NCBI GenBank assembly: GCA_964035575.1
Contig: OZ037844.1
Span: forward strand, 1,736,001-1,791,587
Origin: Rhynchopus sp. YZ270_cl-10
Lineage: Eukaryota
Direction of reading: 5' to 3'
Length of the DNA: 55,587 nt
Below, piece by piece: positions 38,479 through 50,800 of this stretch (position 1 is the stretch's first letter; each line of letters opens with the position of its first letter). Under the pieces are notes generated by a model. That model was given only the letters and a program-made list of their open reading frames with translations, was not told where the DNA came from and made no database searches. The position numbers and the translations under genes were made by a program.

Positions 38479-39983
38479 GTGACCCCGTCATAGCGATACG
38501 GAAGGTGTACCGCACGCTGAACAAGAAGGTGGAATACTACGAGCAGCAAGGAGTACTGCTCCGGCTAGTAGACGGAGTGCTGGCGGATCGGTCCACCGAG
38601 CGCAACAGGAAGAAGGGGGATCCGTACGAGGTATGAATATACACTAAGTACCACATATATAATTCATACTACTTTTTACAGCGCGAGGAGTACGGACCCC
38701 AGGGGGAGCAGCCGCCGCCGAGCTGCCTGGAATTTGAGTTCCAGGCAGCACTCGACCACTCCGAGAATGGAGTGGTCGAGGAGGCGTGGCGACCCCACCT
38801 CCAGCGTAGGCTGGAGCTGGCGTGCCGACCGGCACGACAGGCGAAGAGGGAGTACGAGCTCCGTATGTCTTATTATACATTACCTATGCGTTTCCTCATA
38901 TTTATATTATTCCCCCTTACTACAGCTCCCGAGGTCCGCAGCCTCGGATTTGGGACGTACGTCCCAACCGCACAGGAGGAGAAGCAGCAGAGGGAAGACG
39001 CGAAACGCGTCGTCGCGAACGGTCGGAGGATCGTCGCGACCCTCATGCTGTCGTCAGAGCTGATCATCAGCGACGACAGCAAGGTATGTGCTCAAACCTC
39101 CCACCTTCTATATTACTATACCAAAACATCACAGATCCATTCACTGTTGACGGACACACTGAAACGCCCAGAGGACGAGGACACGCAGCGCGCGTCAGGG
39201 TCCGTGAGCGTGAGCGGACCGGGAGAGCCGCAGCCGCCCCCCGACAGCCACCCCCACGCCGGGCCGTCCGAGCTGACGTTCCCCCACGCCACCATGTCGG
39301 TTCCGTGGGCCCGTCTCCGGACGGCCCTGTGGGTGGCAGGAGGGGTGCGGGGCCTCCCCGAGCTCGAGGCTGCGGTAGAGGCGGAAAAAAACAGAGAAAA
39401 AAAAGCAAAGAAAAGGAGGGGTAAACCCCAGGACCAGTTCCAGGCGTGGTCCGAGGGAAAGGACTCCCAGTCCCAGGAGTGGGACTGGGTGTATACGGAA
39501 ACGAATAGGCCGGGAAGAAAAAGAAAAAGGGAAACAGGACAACCCAGGCGCGAGAACACCACCACCTCGCCCTCCCCCTGCCTCCCACCCCAGATGTACG
39601 CACTGCCGTACGACACCCCCCCCAGCTCCGCACAAAATAGTGAAAAAAAAAGAAGGGTAGGATGTGATATAAAAAAAACAGAAACCAAAAAGGAAAGCGA
39701 AGAAGAAACCAAAAAAGAAAAAAAAGTAGAAACAAAAAAACAGACCAAAAGAGAGAGAGAAGAAGCCGCTGCTAAAAAGCAGTGGCTTGATGCCTACCAA
39801 AAAATGGGCACGGAGGAAAAAAAGCAGTGGTGCATGGAGTGCGGCTTTAATTGCTGCGCTTCATGCACCACTCTTGTGGCATGCCATAACAGCTGCCACA
39901 AGAGAATACCCTCCAAATGGAAACAACGAAAAGAAGGGCGTGCAGTGCACGCAAGCGCCAAAATCATGCATAAAGCGAGATAA
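38479..39983 (+). CDS. Unit gene A, copy 5
   Basis: Identical translation, offset +29655. Confidence 0.75.
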
Positions 39984-40193
39984 GCACTATTTTTATATAT
40001 TTTTGTTTTGTTTACTAAATTTTTATTTTTCAGACATGTCCCCCTAGATCACCTCCAGCCTCCCCCCTCTCTTCCAAATAATGTTTGAGCTAAATGAAAT
40101 ATAAAGAACCCCTATACCCTCCCCTTTTTACTTTAGTTTATCATCAGATACACTTTTTAATCCTCATCACATCCCATCAGACGTACACACACA

Positions 40194-42088
40194 ATGAGGG
40201 TGAAGATGGCGCGGAGACGGCCGGTCCCAGCCCCACCCCCAATGGCGGCGATTCAGGCCCCAGCCCCAGCCCCAAAGGCGGCGACGAGAAGGAAGAGGAA
40301 GCGCAAGCGGGCGGCGACAGTGTCCTCCGCGTCCGCCGGGGGGTCGTCGGTGGGGAATATGTCCTCATTCTCCCCCGGCGCCCCCGGCGCCCCCGACGCC
40401 CCCACCTCCGTCATGCCGCGGAGCCCCACCACCACCACCAACACTGCCTCAGGTATGTATTCCCTCATACATTATTACATCGTTTTTAATTAAGTACGTA
40501 GTTATTAATCCCCCATCACAGAGACCGCCACCAGACAACGCCTGTCAGTGGTGAAGGTGCAGGCGAAGGCGCGGCTAGAAGCCGCCATGCAGGCAACGGA
40601 GGAGCCACCGAGGGTATGTTATATAATTCTCCCCTATATTAGCTCCCCCTTTATCCCAAGAATTACAACACTATACAGGAGAGTATGTCCCTCAGATTCG
40701 AAGTTGAGGCTACGGTAAGCTCAGAAGAAGAACCCGAGTGGAAAGAAAAAGTATGTATTTTAATTGTATTGTACCTATTTTTGTCATGCTATTTTATTTT
40801 TCTCAGAAACAGGCGATCCTGGCCAGGACACGCCAAATCCAGCATAAAATGCTGGAGGCGTACGCCGGGAAGGAGGACACGGACACGGACTGGAGAGAGT
40901 CCGTGTCGTCGCAGGGAGCCGGCAGCGACGAGGAGTACGAGGAAAAGGGGGGAGAGGGGGGGAGGGGCAAAGAGGTGGAGGTGGCATCGGGGAGGTGGGT
41001 GAGTGTAAGGGTGGGGGTTAGGGGGGAGGGGGTTAAGGGGGAGGGGGTTAAGGGGGAGGGGTATGGGGTCGCAACCGACGGTTGCGTCCCATACGAGGTG
41101 GGAACGGGGGAGGTGCCAAACGCAGACCAACTTAAAATGTTGGCTACTGCGGGCATCGCCCCCGGGGACGAGGGACTAGTCCCGCTCCCCCACAAGCACG
41201 ACACCAGACAGACATGTCTGGTGCTCGTGACGAGAACAGAGGGGGGGGGGGTCTCTGTTACCCCCCCCTCCAAAAAAGGCAGCTGACACCCCAGTCAGCT
41301 GCCCCCAGAGGCTCCTAACGACTAGGAGCCTCTGGTGCCACAACCACCTTACGCGTGTGCGTGGTGGCACAGGGGGCAGAACGCAGCGCGTCCTCGCTAA
41401 CGAGGAGAACGACAGGAGACGCGCCTACGCTAATGCGTGGGAAAGACGCCACAACGCAGAACAGGGCAGCGCCCTTGCTTTTGTGCCTCCAGTAGCGGCT
41501 AAAGCTACTCTGGTCATCGCTGCGTTCCTGGAAACGGAGGTGGCTGTCACCATCTACTCTACGAGTAGCGATGGTGACAGCATCCTGACTGCAGTCAGGA
41601 TGCTACCACACCCCAGCCTCGCGCAAGTGAGGTCGAACGGCGCTCTGCGCCGTTCCTTGTTCAACGAGCCCCTGTGGCTGAGTACAGGCACACCTGACGT
41701 GTGCTTTATTCGGCTGAAGGCTGCTCTGAACAAGAAAAAACACGGGGAGTGGGTGGACTTCGCAAGGAGACAAACAAAAGCGCAGGCTCGACTGGAGGAA
41801 GAGGGAATCAAGCTGATCGTGATGCTTTATCATGTTGGAATCATAATAATCCATCACGAGCAGATTGATGGCCTCTCCACCTTCAAACGAGCCACGGAGT
41901 ACCACGCCACTGCTCAACAGGACAGCCTGTCGTACTCGAAGACGGGGCTAGTGATCCTCCTTGACGAGGGGGATCACTACTCCAGAATCAAGAACAAAAG
42001 CGACGCTGACCGCGTCGCGTTCGCAAACTGGTATCAAACGTCCATGTCAGGTAGAGTAACGGTTCATCAGAACTTGGCTAGACCTTAA
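40194..42088 (+). CDS. Unit gene B, copy 5
   Basis: Identical translation, offset +29655. Confidence 0.65.
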
Positions 42089-43440
42089 GGCCACTAGTAT
42101 TTCTTATAGTGACCTTCAGGTGTAATCAAAATTCTCATGAACGTGTACTACACGTGACATGCCTTAGTAATACCAGTTGTAGAATTCAATATTTCCTCCT
42201 TTATCTATTGTTAATGTGATTTAGCAGGGAAAGCATTTTCCCTCATAAGTATTTTCCTTTTACAAAGACATTTTTCAGCGAAAGAATACATTTTGTTAAA
42301 TATTTACAGCATTTTCTGTACAGTAGAATGCATATTTTATGTGTCGTGTAGACTTCTTCGAGATCAGCCGTTTTCCGTAACTCACGCGTCCTTTGCGTGC
42401 AATTAGATCACTTCTTACGGAAAACGTCATTTCTCTTGAGTAATAAAAAATATTTTGGGCCCAGCACAGACTGGCCCAAGAAGGCAAGGAACGAACTGTA
42501 AAAACTAACGAAATATAGAGAAAGAAAGGCCATATGGGGGGGTTCCACATAGATATCGAAAGCAAATAACGCAAGAAGGGAAAAAAGACAGTATAAATAA
42601 CAGAACGAAAAAAAAGAGGTCTACCTCACCTGCACCCCATTTCTATTTAATCTGCTTTCATATCCCACCTCCACCACTCTCCTCACCACAGATTACACAA
42701 TACAATGACTTGCCTAACTCCCTAAAAAAAATAAAAGCAAGTAAAATGATGGAGGCGGAGGCGGAGGCGGAGGCGGGGTCGGCTCATACGCCACCCCCCC
42801 TCCTGGGACAATCCTCAGTCCCAGCAGCAGCGAAGGAGACGGAGAAGACAACAGCGGTATGTAACTTTTACCCCTTTTTATTACTTTTTCTTCGTATGTC
42901 ATTTCAACACTCCGGATTCTCGGCTCATGATGCCTCCTTACAAGAGGCGCAAACTCTGCTTAGCCGCATGGGTCCGCTCCCACCGCAGCTCCGCATCCTT
43001 CACGCGTACCGGTCAGTCATGCACGCACATCCCACACGACGTCTTTCCTTCACCTATGTGAACGTCCACGAAGATGTTGGGTCTTCCTTGCTATCCTCCG
43101 CAGCAGCACGCTTCGCGCCTACTCCTCCGCCCGCACCATGGGAAGGGTGCCAGCATCAGTGTCACCTAGGTCCGTCATGAACAGGTCCCTCTCGGGCTTG
43201 TTTTTCTATTTCAGCCTGTTCACAGGCTTAACCTTGTTAGTTCCTCATTCTCTTTGTTTTTTTTTTATTTTTTGCAAATACGAAGTGTAACCCAGGTGAG
43301 GTGTGCACTGGCTGTGCATGCAGGAGGAGGAGTAAGAGGTGCTATGGTGTGCGGAACGCACAGGTGAGGTGTGCACTGACTGTGCATGCAGGAGGAGGAG
43401 TAAGAGGTGCTGTGGGGTGCGGAACGTAGGGTATCGTGTT

Positions 43441-45148
43441 ACGTGCGCATGTAGTGTATGGTGATACATGCGCACGCTGTGTATAGTGTACTGTGCGCAC
43501 GTAGTGTATAGTGATACGTGCGCACGTGGTGCGCACGCTGTGTATAGTGTTCCGTGCGCACGTAGTGAAGAGTTTACTGTGCGCACGTGGTGCGCACGCT
43601 GTGTAGAGTGTACTGTGCGCACGCTGTGAAGAGTGTACTGTGCGCACGTGGTGCGCACGCTGTGTATAGTGTACTGTGCGCACGTAGTGTATGGTGTACT
43701 GTGCGCACGTAGTGAAGAGTGAACTGTGCGCACGCTGTGTATGGTGTACTGTGCGCACGTAGTGAAGACTGAACTGTGCGCACGCTGTGAAGAGAGTACT
43801 GTGCGCACACTGTGTATGGTGTACTATGCGCACGTAGTGAAGACTGAACTGTGCGCACGCTGTGTATAGAGTACTGTGCGCACACTGTGTATAGTTTACT
43901 GTGCGCACGCTGTGTATGGTGTACTGTGCGCACGTAGTGAAGAGTGAACTGTGCGCACGCTGTGTATAGCGTACTGTGCGCACACTGTGTATAGTTTACT
44001 GTGCGCACGCTGTGTATGGTGTACTGTGCGCACGCTGTGTATGGTGAACTGTGCGCACGTAGTGTATAGAGTACTGTGCGCACACTGTGTATAGTGTACT
44101 GTGCGCACGCTGTGTATGGTGAACTGTGCGCACGTAGTGAAGAGTGAACTGTGCGCACACTGTGTATGGTGTACTGTGCGCGCGTAATGTATAGAGTACA
44201 GTGCGCACGTGGTGCGCACGTATCACTACACTACGTGCGCACAGTACACTATACACAGTGTGCGCACAGTTCACTCTTCACTACGTGCGCACAGTTCACC
44301 ATACACTACGTGCGCACAGTTCACCATACACAGCGTGCGCACAGTTCACTCTTCACTACGTGCGCACAGTTCACCATACACTACGTGCGCACAGTTCACC
44401 ATACACAGCGTGCACACAGTTCACTCTTCACTACGTGCGCACAGTACACCATACACTACGTGCGCACAGTTCACCATACACAGCGTGCGCACAGTTCACT
44501 CTTCACTACGTGCGCACAGTACACCATACACTACGTGCGCACAGTTCACCATACACAGCGTGCGCACAGTACACTACACACAGTGTGCGCATAGTTCACT
44601 GTGTGCACAGTTCACTCTTCACTACGTGCGCACAGTACACCATACACTACGTGCGCACAGTTCACCGTACACAGCGTGCGCACAGTACACTACACACAGT
44701 GTGCGCACAGCTCACTCTTCACTACGTGCGCACAGTACACCATACACTACGTGCGCACAGTTCACCATACACAGCATGCGCACAGTACACATAACACAGC
44801 GTGCGCACAGTTCACTCTTCACTACGTGCGCACCACGTGCGCACGGAACACTAAACACAGCGTGCGCACCACGTGCGCACAGTACTCTATGCACGACGTG
44901 CGCACGTATCACTAAACACTACGTGCGCACAGTAAACTCTTCACTACGTGCGCACAGAACACTATAGACAGCGTGCGCACCACGTGCGCACGTATCACTA
45001 TACACTACGTGCGCACCACGTGCGCACAGTAAACTCTTCACTACGTGCGCACGGAACACTATACACAGCGTGCGCACCACGTGCGCACGTATCACTATAC
45101 ACTACGTGCGCACCACGTGCGCACAGTAAACTCTTCACTACGTGCGCA
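43441..45148. repeat. Minisatellite palindrome, copy 6, centre ~44215, right arm truncated and fused to AAACCCGC
   Basis: Junction cactacgtgCGCAaacccgc. Confidence 0.95.
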
Positions 45149-47166
45149 AACCCGCAAACCCGTAAACCCGTAAACCCGCAAACCCGCAAACCCGCAAACC
45201 CGCAAACCCGTAAACCCGCAAACCCGCAAACCCGCAAACCCGCAAACCCGCAAACCCGTAAACCCGCAAACCCGTAAACCCGCAAACCCGCAAACCCGCA
45301 AACCCGCAAACCCGCAAACCCGCAAACCCGCAAACCCGCAAACCCGCAAACCCGCAAACCCGCAAACCCGCAAACCCGCAAACCCGCAAACCCGCAAACC
45401 CGCAAACCCGCAAACCCGCAAACCCGCAAACCCGCAAACCCGCAAACCCGCAAACCCGCAAACCCGCAAACCCGCAAACCCGCAAACCCGCAAACCCGCA
45501 AACCCGCAAACCCGCAAACCCGCAAACCCGCAAACCCGCAAACCCGCAAACCCGCAAACCCGCAAACCCGCAAACCCGCAAACCCGCAAACCCGCAAACC
45601 CGCAAACCCGCAAACCCGCAAACCCGCAAACCCGCAAACCCGCAAACCCGCAAACCCGCAAACCCGCAAACCCGCAAACCCGCAAACCCGCAAACCCGCA
45701 AACCCGCAAACCCGCAAACCCGCAAACCCGCAAACCCGCAAACCCGCAAACCCGCAAAACCCGCAAACCCGCAAACCCGTAAACCCGCAAACCCGCAAAC
45801 CCGCAAACCCGCAAACCCGTAAACCCGCAAACCCGCAAACCCGCAAACCCGCAAACCCGCAAACCCGCAAACCCGCAAACCCGCAAACCCGCAAACCCGC
45901 AAACCCGCAAACCCGCAAACCCGCAAACCCGCAAACCCGCAAACCCGCAAACCCGCAAACCCGCAAACCCGCAAACCCGCAAACCCGCAAACCCGCAAAC
46001 CCGCAAACCCGTAAACCCGCAAACCCGCAAACCCGCAAACCCGCAAACCCGCAAACCCGCAAACCCGCAAACCCGCAAACCCGCAAACCCGCAAACCCGC
46101 AAACCCGCAAACCCGCAAACCCGCAAACCCGCAAACCCGCAAACCCGCAAACCCGCAAACCCGCAAACCCGCAAACCCGCAAACCCGCAAACCCGCAAAC
46201 CCGCAAACCCGCAAACCCGCAAACCCGCAAACCCGCAAACCCGCAAACCCGCAAACCCGCAAACCCGCAAACCCGCAAACCCGCAAACCCGCAAACCCGC
46301 AAACCCGCAAACCCGCAAACCCGCAAACCCGCAAACCCGCAAACCCGCAAACCCGCAAACCCGCAAACCCGCAAACCCGCAAACCCGCAAACCCGCAAAC
46401 CCGCAAACCCGCAAACCCGCAAACCCGCAAACCCGCAAACCCGCAAACCCGCAAACCCGCAAACCCGCAAACCCGCAAACCCGCAAACCCGCAAACCCGC
46501 AAACCCGCAAACCCGCAAACCCGCAAACCCGCAAACCCGCAAACCCGCAAACCCGCAAACCCGCAAACCCGCAAACCCGCAAACCCGCAAACCCGCAAAC
46601 CCGCAAACCCGCAAACCCGCAAACCCGCAAACCCGCAAACCCGCAAACCCGCAAACCCGCAAACCCGCAAACCCGCAAACCCGCAAACCCGCAAACCCGC
46701 AAACCCGCAAACCCGCAAACCCGCAAACCCGCAAACCCGCAAACCCGCAAACCCGCAAACCCGCAAACCCGCAAACCCGCAAACCCGCAAACCCGCAAAC
46801 CCGCAAACCCGCAAACCCGCAAACCCGCAAACCCGCAAACCCGCAAACCCGCAAACCCGCAAACCCGCAAACCCGCAAACCCGCAAACCCGCAAACCCGC
46901 AAACCCGCAAACCCGCAAACCCGTAAACCCGCAAACCCGCAAACCCGCAAACCCGCAAACCCGCAAACCCGCAAACCCGCAAACCCGTAAACCCGCAAAC
47001 CCGCAAACCCGCAAACCCGCAAACCCGCAAACCCGCAAACCCGCAAACCCGCAAACCCGCAAACCCGTAAACCCGCAAACCCGCAAACCCGCAAACCCGT
47101 AAACCCGTAAACCCGCAAACCCGCAAACCCGCAAACCCGCAAACCCGCAAACCCGCAAACCCGCAA
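45149..47166. repeat. (AAACCCGC)n tract, ~2.0 kb
   Basis: Directly visible; GT variants cluster near both ends. Confidence 0.97.
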
Positions 47167-47317
47167 TTTTTTGTCAAAATGTGCATAATTTAGGTCCATT
47201 TTCATGCAGATTTTGTGATTTTTTGTCAATTTTTGCAAAATTTGTAAATTTTTCACTTTTTGTCAATTTTTGCCTATTTTTGTAAATTTTGCATATTTTT
47301 GCAAATTCTGCAAAATT
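47167..47317. repeat. Truncated (first ~150 bp) copy of the ~1-kb satellite unit
   Basis: Matches 47884-48034, then switches to ccgcaaacccgc. Confidence 0.93.
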
Positions 47318-47883
47318 CCGCAAACCCGCAAACCCGCAAACCCGCAAACCCGCAAACCCGCAAACCCGCAAACCCGCAAACCCGCAAACCCGCAAACCCG
47401 CAAACCCGCAAACCCGCAAACCCGCAAACCCGCAAACCCGCAAACCCGTAAACCCGCAAACCCGCAAACCCGCAAACCCGCAAACCCGCAAACCCGCAAA
47501 CCCGCAAACCCGCAAACCCGTAAACCCGCAAACCCGCAAACCCGCAAACCCGCAAACCCGCAAACCCGCAAACCCGCAAACCCGCAAACCCGCAAACCCG
47601 CAAACCCGCAAACCCGCAAACCCGCAAACCCGCAAACCCGCAAACCCGTAAACCCGCAAACCCGCAAACCCGCAAACCCGCAAACCCGCAAACCCGCAAA
47701 CCCGCAAACCCGCAAACCCGCAAACCCGCAAACCCGCAAACCCGCAAACCCGCAAACCCGCAAACCCGCAAACCCGCAAACCCGTAAACCCGCAAACCCG
47801 CAAACCCGCAAACCCGCAAACCCGCAAACCCGCAAACCCGCAAACCCGCAAACCCGCAAACCCGCAAACCCGCAAACCCGCAA
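47318..47883. repeat. (AAACCCGC)n tract
   Basis: Directly visible. Confidence 0.97.
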
Positions 47884-50800
47884 TTTTTTGTCAAAATGTG
47901 CATAATTTAGGTCCATTTTCATGCAGATTTTGTGATTTTTTGTCAATTTTTGCAAAATTTGTAAATTTTTCACTTTTTGTCAATTTTTGCCTATTTTTGT
48001 AAATTTTGCATATTTTTGCAAATTCTGCAAAATTTCAATTTTCGACTTTTTAGATAGCCGGAAACTGTGGCTTGTATTTTTGAGAAAATGGAAGATTTTG
48101 CACTTTTAGCATTTTTTTGAAAATTTAGCATTTTTGTGTAAATTTAGCATTTTTTGCATTTTTTTGGAATTTTTGGAATTTTTGGAATTTTGGAAATTTT
48201 GTCAAATTCTGCAAAATTTGTTGGATCTGCATGCAGATTTTGCCAGATTTTGCACTTTTCTGCAAAATTTCAAAAATGCTGATTTAGCATTTTTCCGGTT
48301 TTTTTTAGACCCGGATATTTTTTTGCATAATTGTGCAAAATTTTGCACAATTACGTACAATTTTCATGCACAATTCTCCAAAATTTTGCAAAAAATGACA
48401 AAATTCACTGTTCAATTTTCCGGTTCCTTATAGAGCCGGATTTTTTTTTGCATAATTCTGCAAAATTTTTTTTTTGCAAATTTTGCAAAAGTGGAACTTT
48501 AGTTGGTGTGGTAATGAAGCACAACAGAGGCCATTTAGCAGCCCAGGATGCGTCGCGGGCGCTTCGCGCCCGCTCCGCGGTCCCGCATGCCATTTAGCAG
48601 CCCAGGATGCGTCGCGGGCGCTTCGCGCCCGCTCCGCGGTCCCGCATTCCCGCATTCCCGCAAACCCGCAAACCCGCAAACCCGCAAACCCGCAAACCCG
48701 CAAACCCGCAAACCCGCAAACCCGCAAACCCGCAAACCCGCAAACCCGCAAACCCGCAAACCCGCAAACCCGCAAACCCGTAAACCCGCAAACCCGCAAA
48801 CCCGCAAACCCGCAAACCCGCAAACCCGCAAACCCGCAATTTTTTGTCAAAATGTGCATAATTTAGGTCCATTTTCATGCAGATTTTGTGATTTTTTGTC
48901 AATTTTTGCAAAATTTGTAAATTTTTCACTTTTTGTCAATTTTTGCCTATTTTTGTAAATTTTGCATATTTTTGCAAATTCTGCAAAATTTCAATTTTCG
49001 ACTTTTTAGATAGCCGGAAACTGTGGCTTGTATTTTTGAGAAAATGGAAGATTTTGCACTTTTAGCATTTTTTTGTAAATTTAGCATTTTTGTGTAAATT
49101 TAGCATTTTTGTGTAAATTTTACATTTTTTGCATTTTTTTGGAATTTTTGGAATTTTTGGAATTTTTGGAATTTTGGAAATTTTGTCAAATTCTGCAAAA
49201 TTTGTTGGATCTGCATGCAGATTTTGCCAGATTTTGCACTTTTCTGCAAAATTTCAAAAATGCTGATTTAGCATTTTTCCGGTTTTTTTTAGACCCGGAT
49301 ATTTTTTTGCATAATTGTGCAAAATTTTGCACAATTACGTACAATTTTCATGCACAATTCTCCAAAATTTTGCAAAAAATGACAAAATTCACTGTTCAAT
49401 TTTCCGGTTCCTTATAGAGCCGGATTTTTTTTTGCATAATTCTGCAAAATTTTTTTTTTGCAAATTTTGCAAAAGTGGAACTTTAGTTGGTGTGGTAATG
49501 AAGCACAACAGAGGCCATTTAGCAGCCCAGGATGCGTCGCGGGCGCTTCGCGCCCGCTCCGCGGTCCCGCATGCCATTTAGCAGCCCAGGATGCGTCGCG
49601 GGCGCTTCGCGCCCGCTCCGCGGTCCCGCATTCCCGCATTCCCGCAAACCCGCAAACCCGCAAACCCGCAAACCCGCAAACCCGCAAACCCGCAAACCCG
49701 CAAACCCGCAAACCCGCAAACCCGCAAACCCGCAAACCCGCAAACCCGCAAACCCGCAAACCCGCAAACCCGCAAACCCGCAAACCCGCAAACCCGTAAA
49801 CCCGCAAACCCGCAAACCCGCAAACCCGCAAACCCGCAAACCCGCAAACCCGCAAACCCGCAAACCCGCAAACCCGCAATTTTTTGTCAAAATGTGCATA
49901 ATTTAGGTCCATTTTCATGCAGATTTTGTGATTTTTTGTCAATTTTTGCAAAATTTGTAAATTTTTCACTTTTTGTCAATTTTTGCCTATTTTTGTAAAT
50001 TTTGCATATTTTTGCAAATTCTGCAAAATTTCAATTTTCGACTTTTTAGATAGCCGGAAACTGTGGCTTGTATTTTTGAGAAAATGGAAGATTTTGCACT
50101 TTTAGCATTTTTTTGTAAATTTAGCATTTTTGTGTAAATTTAGCATTTTTTGCATTTTTTTGGAATTTTTGGAATTTTTGGAATTTTGGAAATTTTGTCA
50201 AATTCTGCAAAATTTGTTGGATCTGCATGCAGATTTTGCCAGATTTTGCACTTTTCTGCAAAATTTCAAAAATGCTGATTTAGCATTTTTCCGGTTTTTT
50301 TTAGACCCGGATATTTTTTTGCATAATTGTGCAAAATTTTGCACAATTACGTACAATTTTCATGCACAATTCTCCAAAATTTTGCAAAAAATGACAAAAT
50401 TCACTGTTCAATTTTCCGGTTCCTTATAGAGCCGGATTTTTTTTTGCATAATTCTGCAAAATTTTTTTTTTGCAAATTTTGCAAAAGTGGAACTTTAGTT
50501 GGTGTGGTAATGAAGCACAACAGAGGCCATTTAGCAGCCCAGGATGCGTCGCGGGCGCTTCGCGCCCGCTCCGCGGTCCCGCATGCCATTTAGCAGCCCA
50601 GGATGCGTCGCGGGCGCTTCGCGCCCGCTCCGCGGTCCCGCATTCCCGCATTCCCGCAAACCCGCAAACCCGCAAACCCGCAAACCCGCAAACCCGCAAA
50701 CCCGCAAACCCGCAAACCCGCAAACCCGCAAACCCGCAAACCCGCAAACCCGCAAACCCGCAAACCCGCAAACCCGCAAACCCGCAAACCCGCAAACCCG

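Larger units (their letters stand above)
5588..45148 (+). repeat. Head-to-tail array of a gene-carrying macro-repeat, periods 7515, 7340, 7115, 7600 and 7600 bp plus a truncated last copy
   Basis: Identical ORF stops at 6010, 13525, 20865, 27980, 35580 and 43180. The stretch between fixed markers on either side of the gene block is 4766 bp in all five complete copies. Confidence 0.97.

Noticed and set aside
5588..45148. rDNA or histone-gene tandem array (similar unit size)
   Set aside because: No recognisable rRNA conserved motifs or histone sequences in the unit
6075..45277. Many His/Thr/Cys-rich ORFs (MRTVH..., TCAQY...)
   Set aside because: Translations of the 25-bp minisatellite on both strands; they vary with repeat copy number
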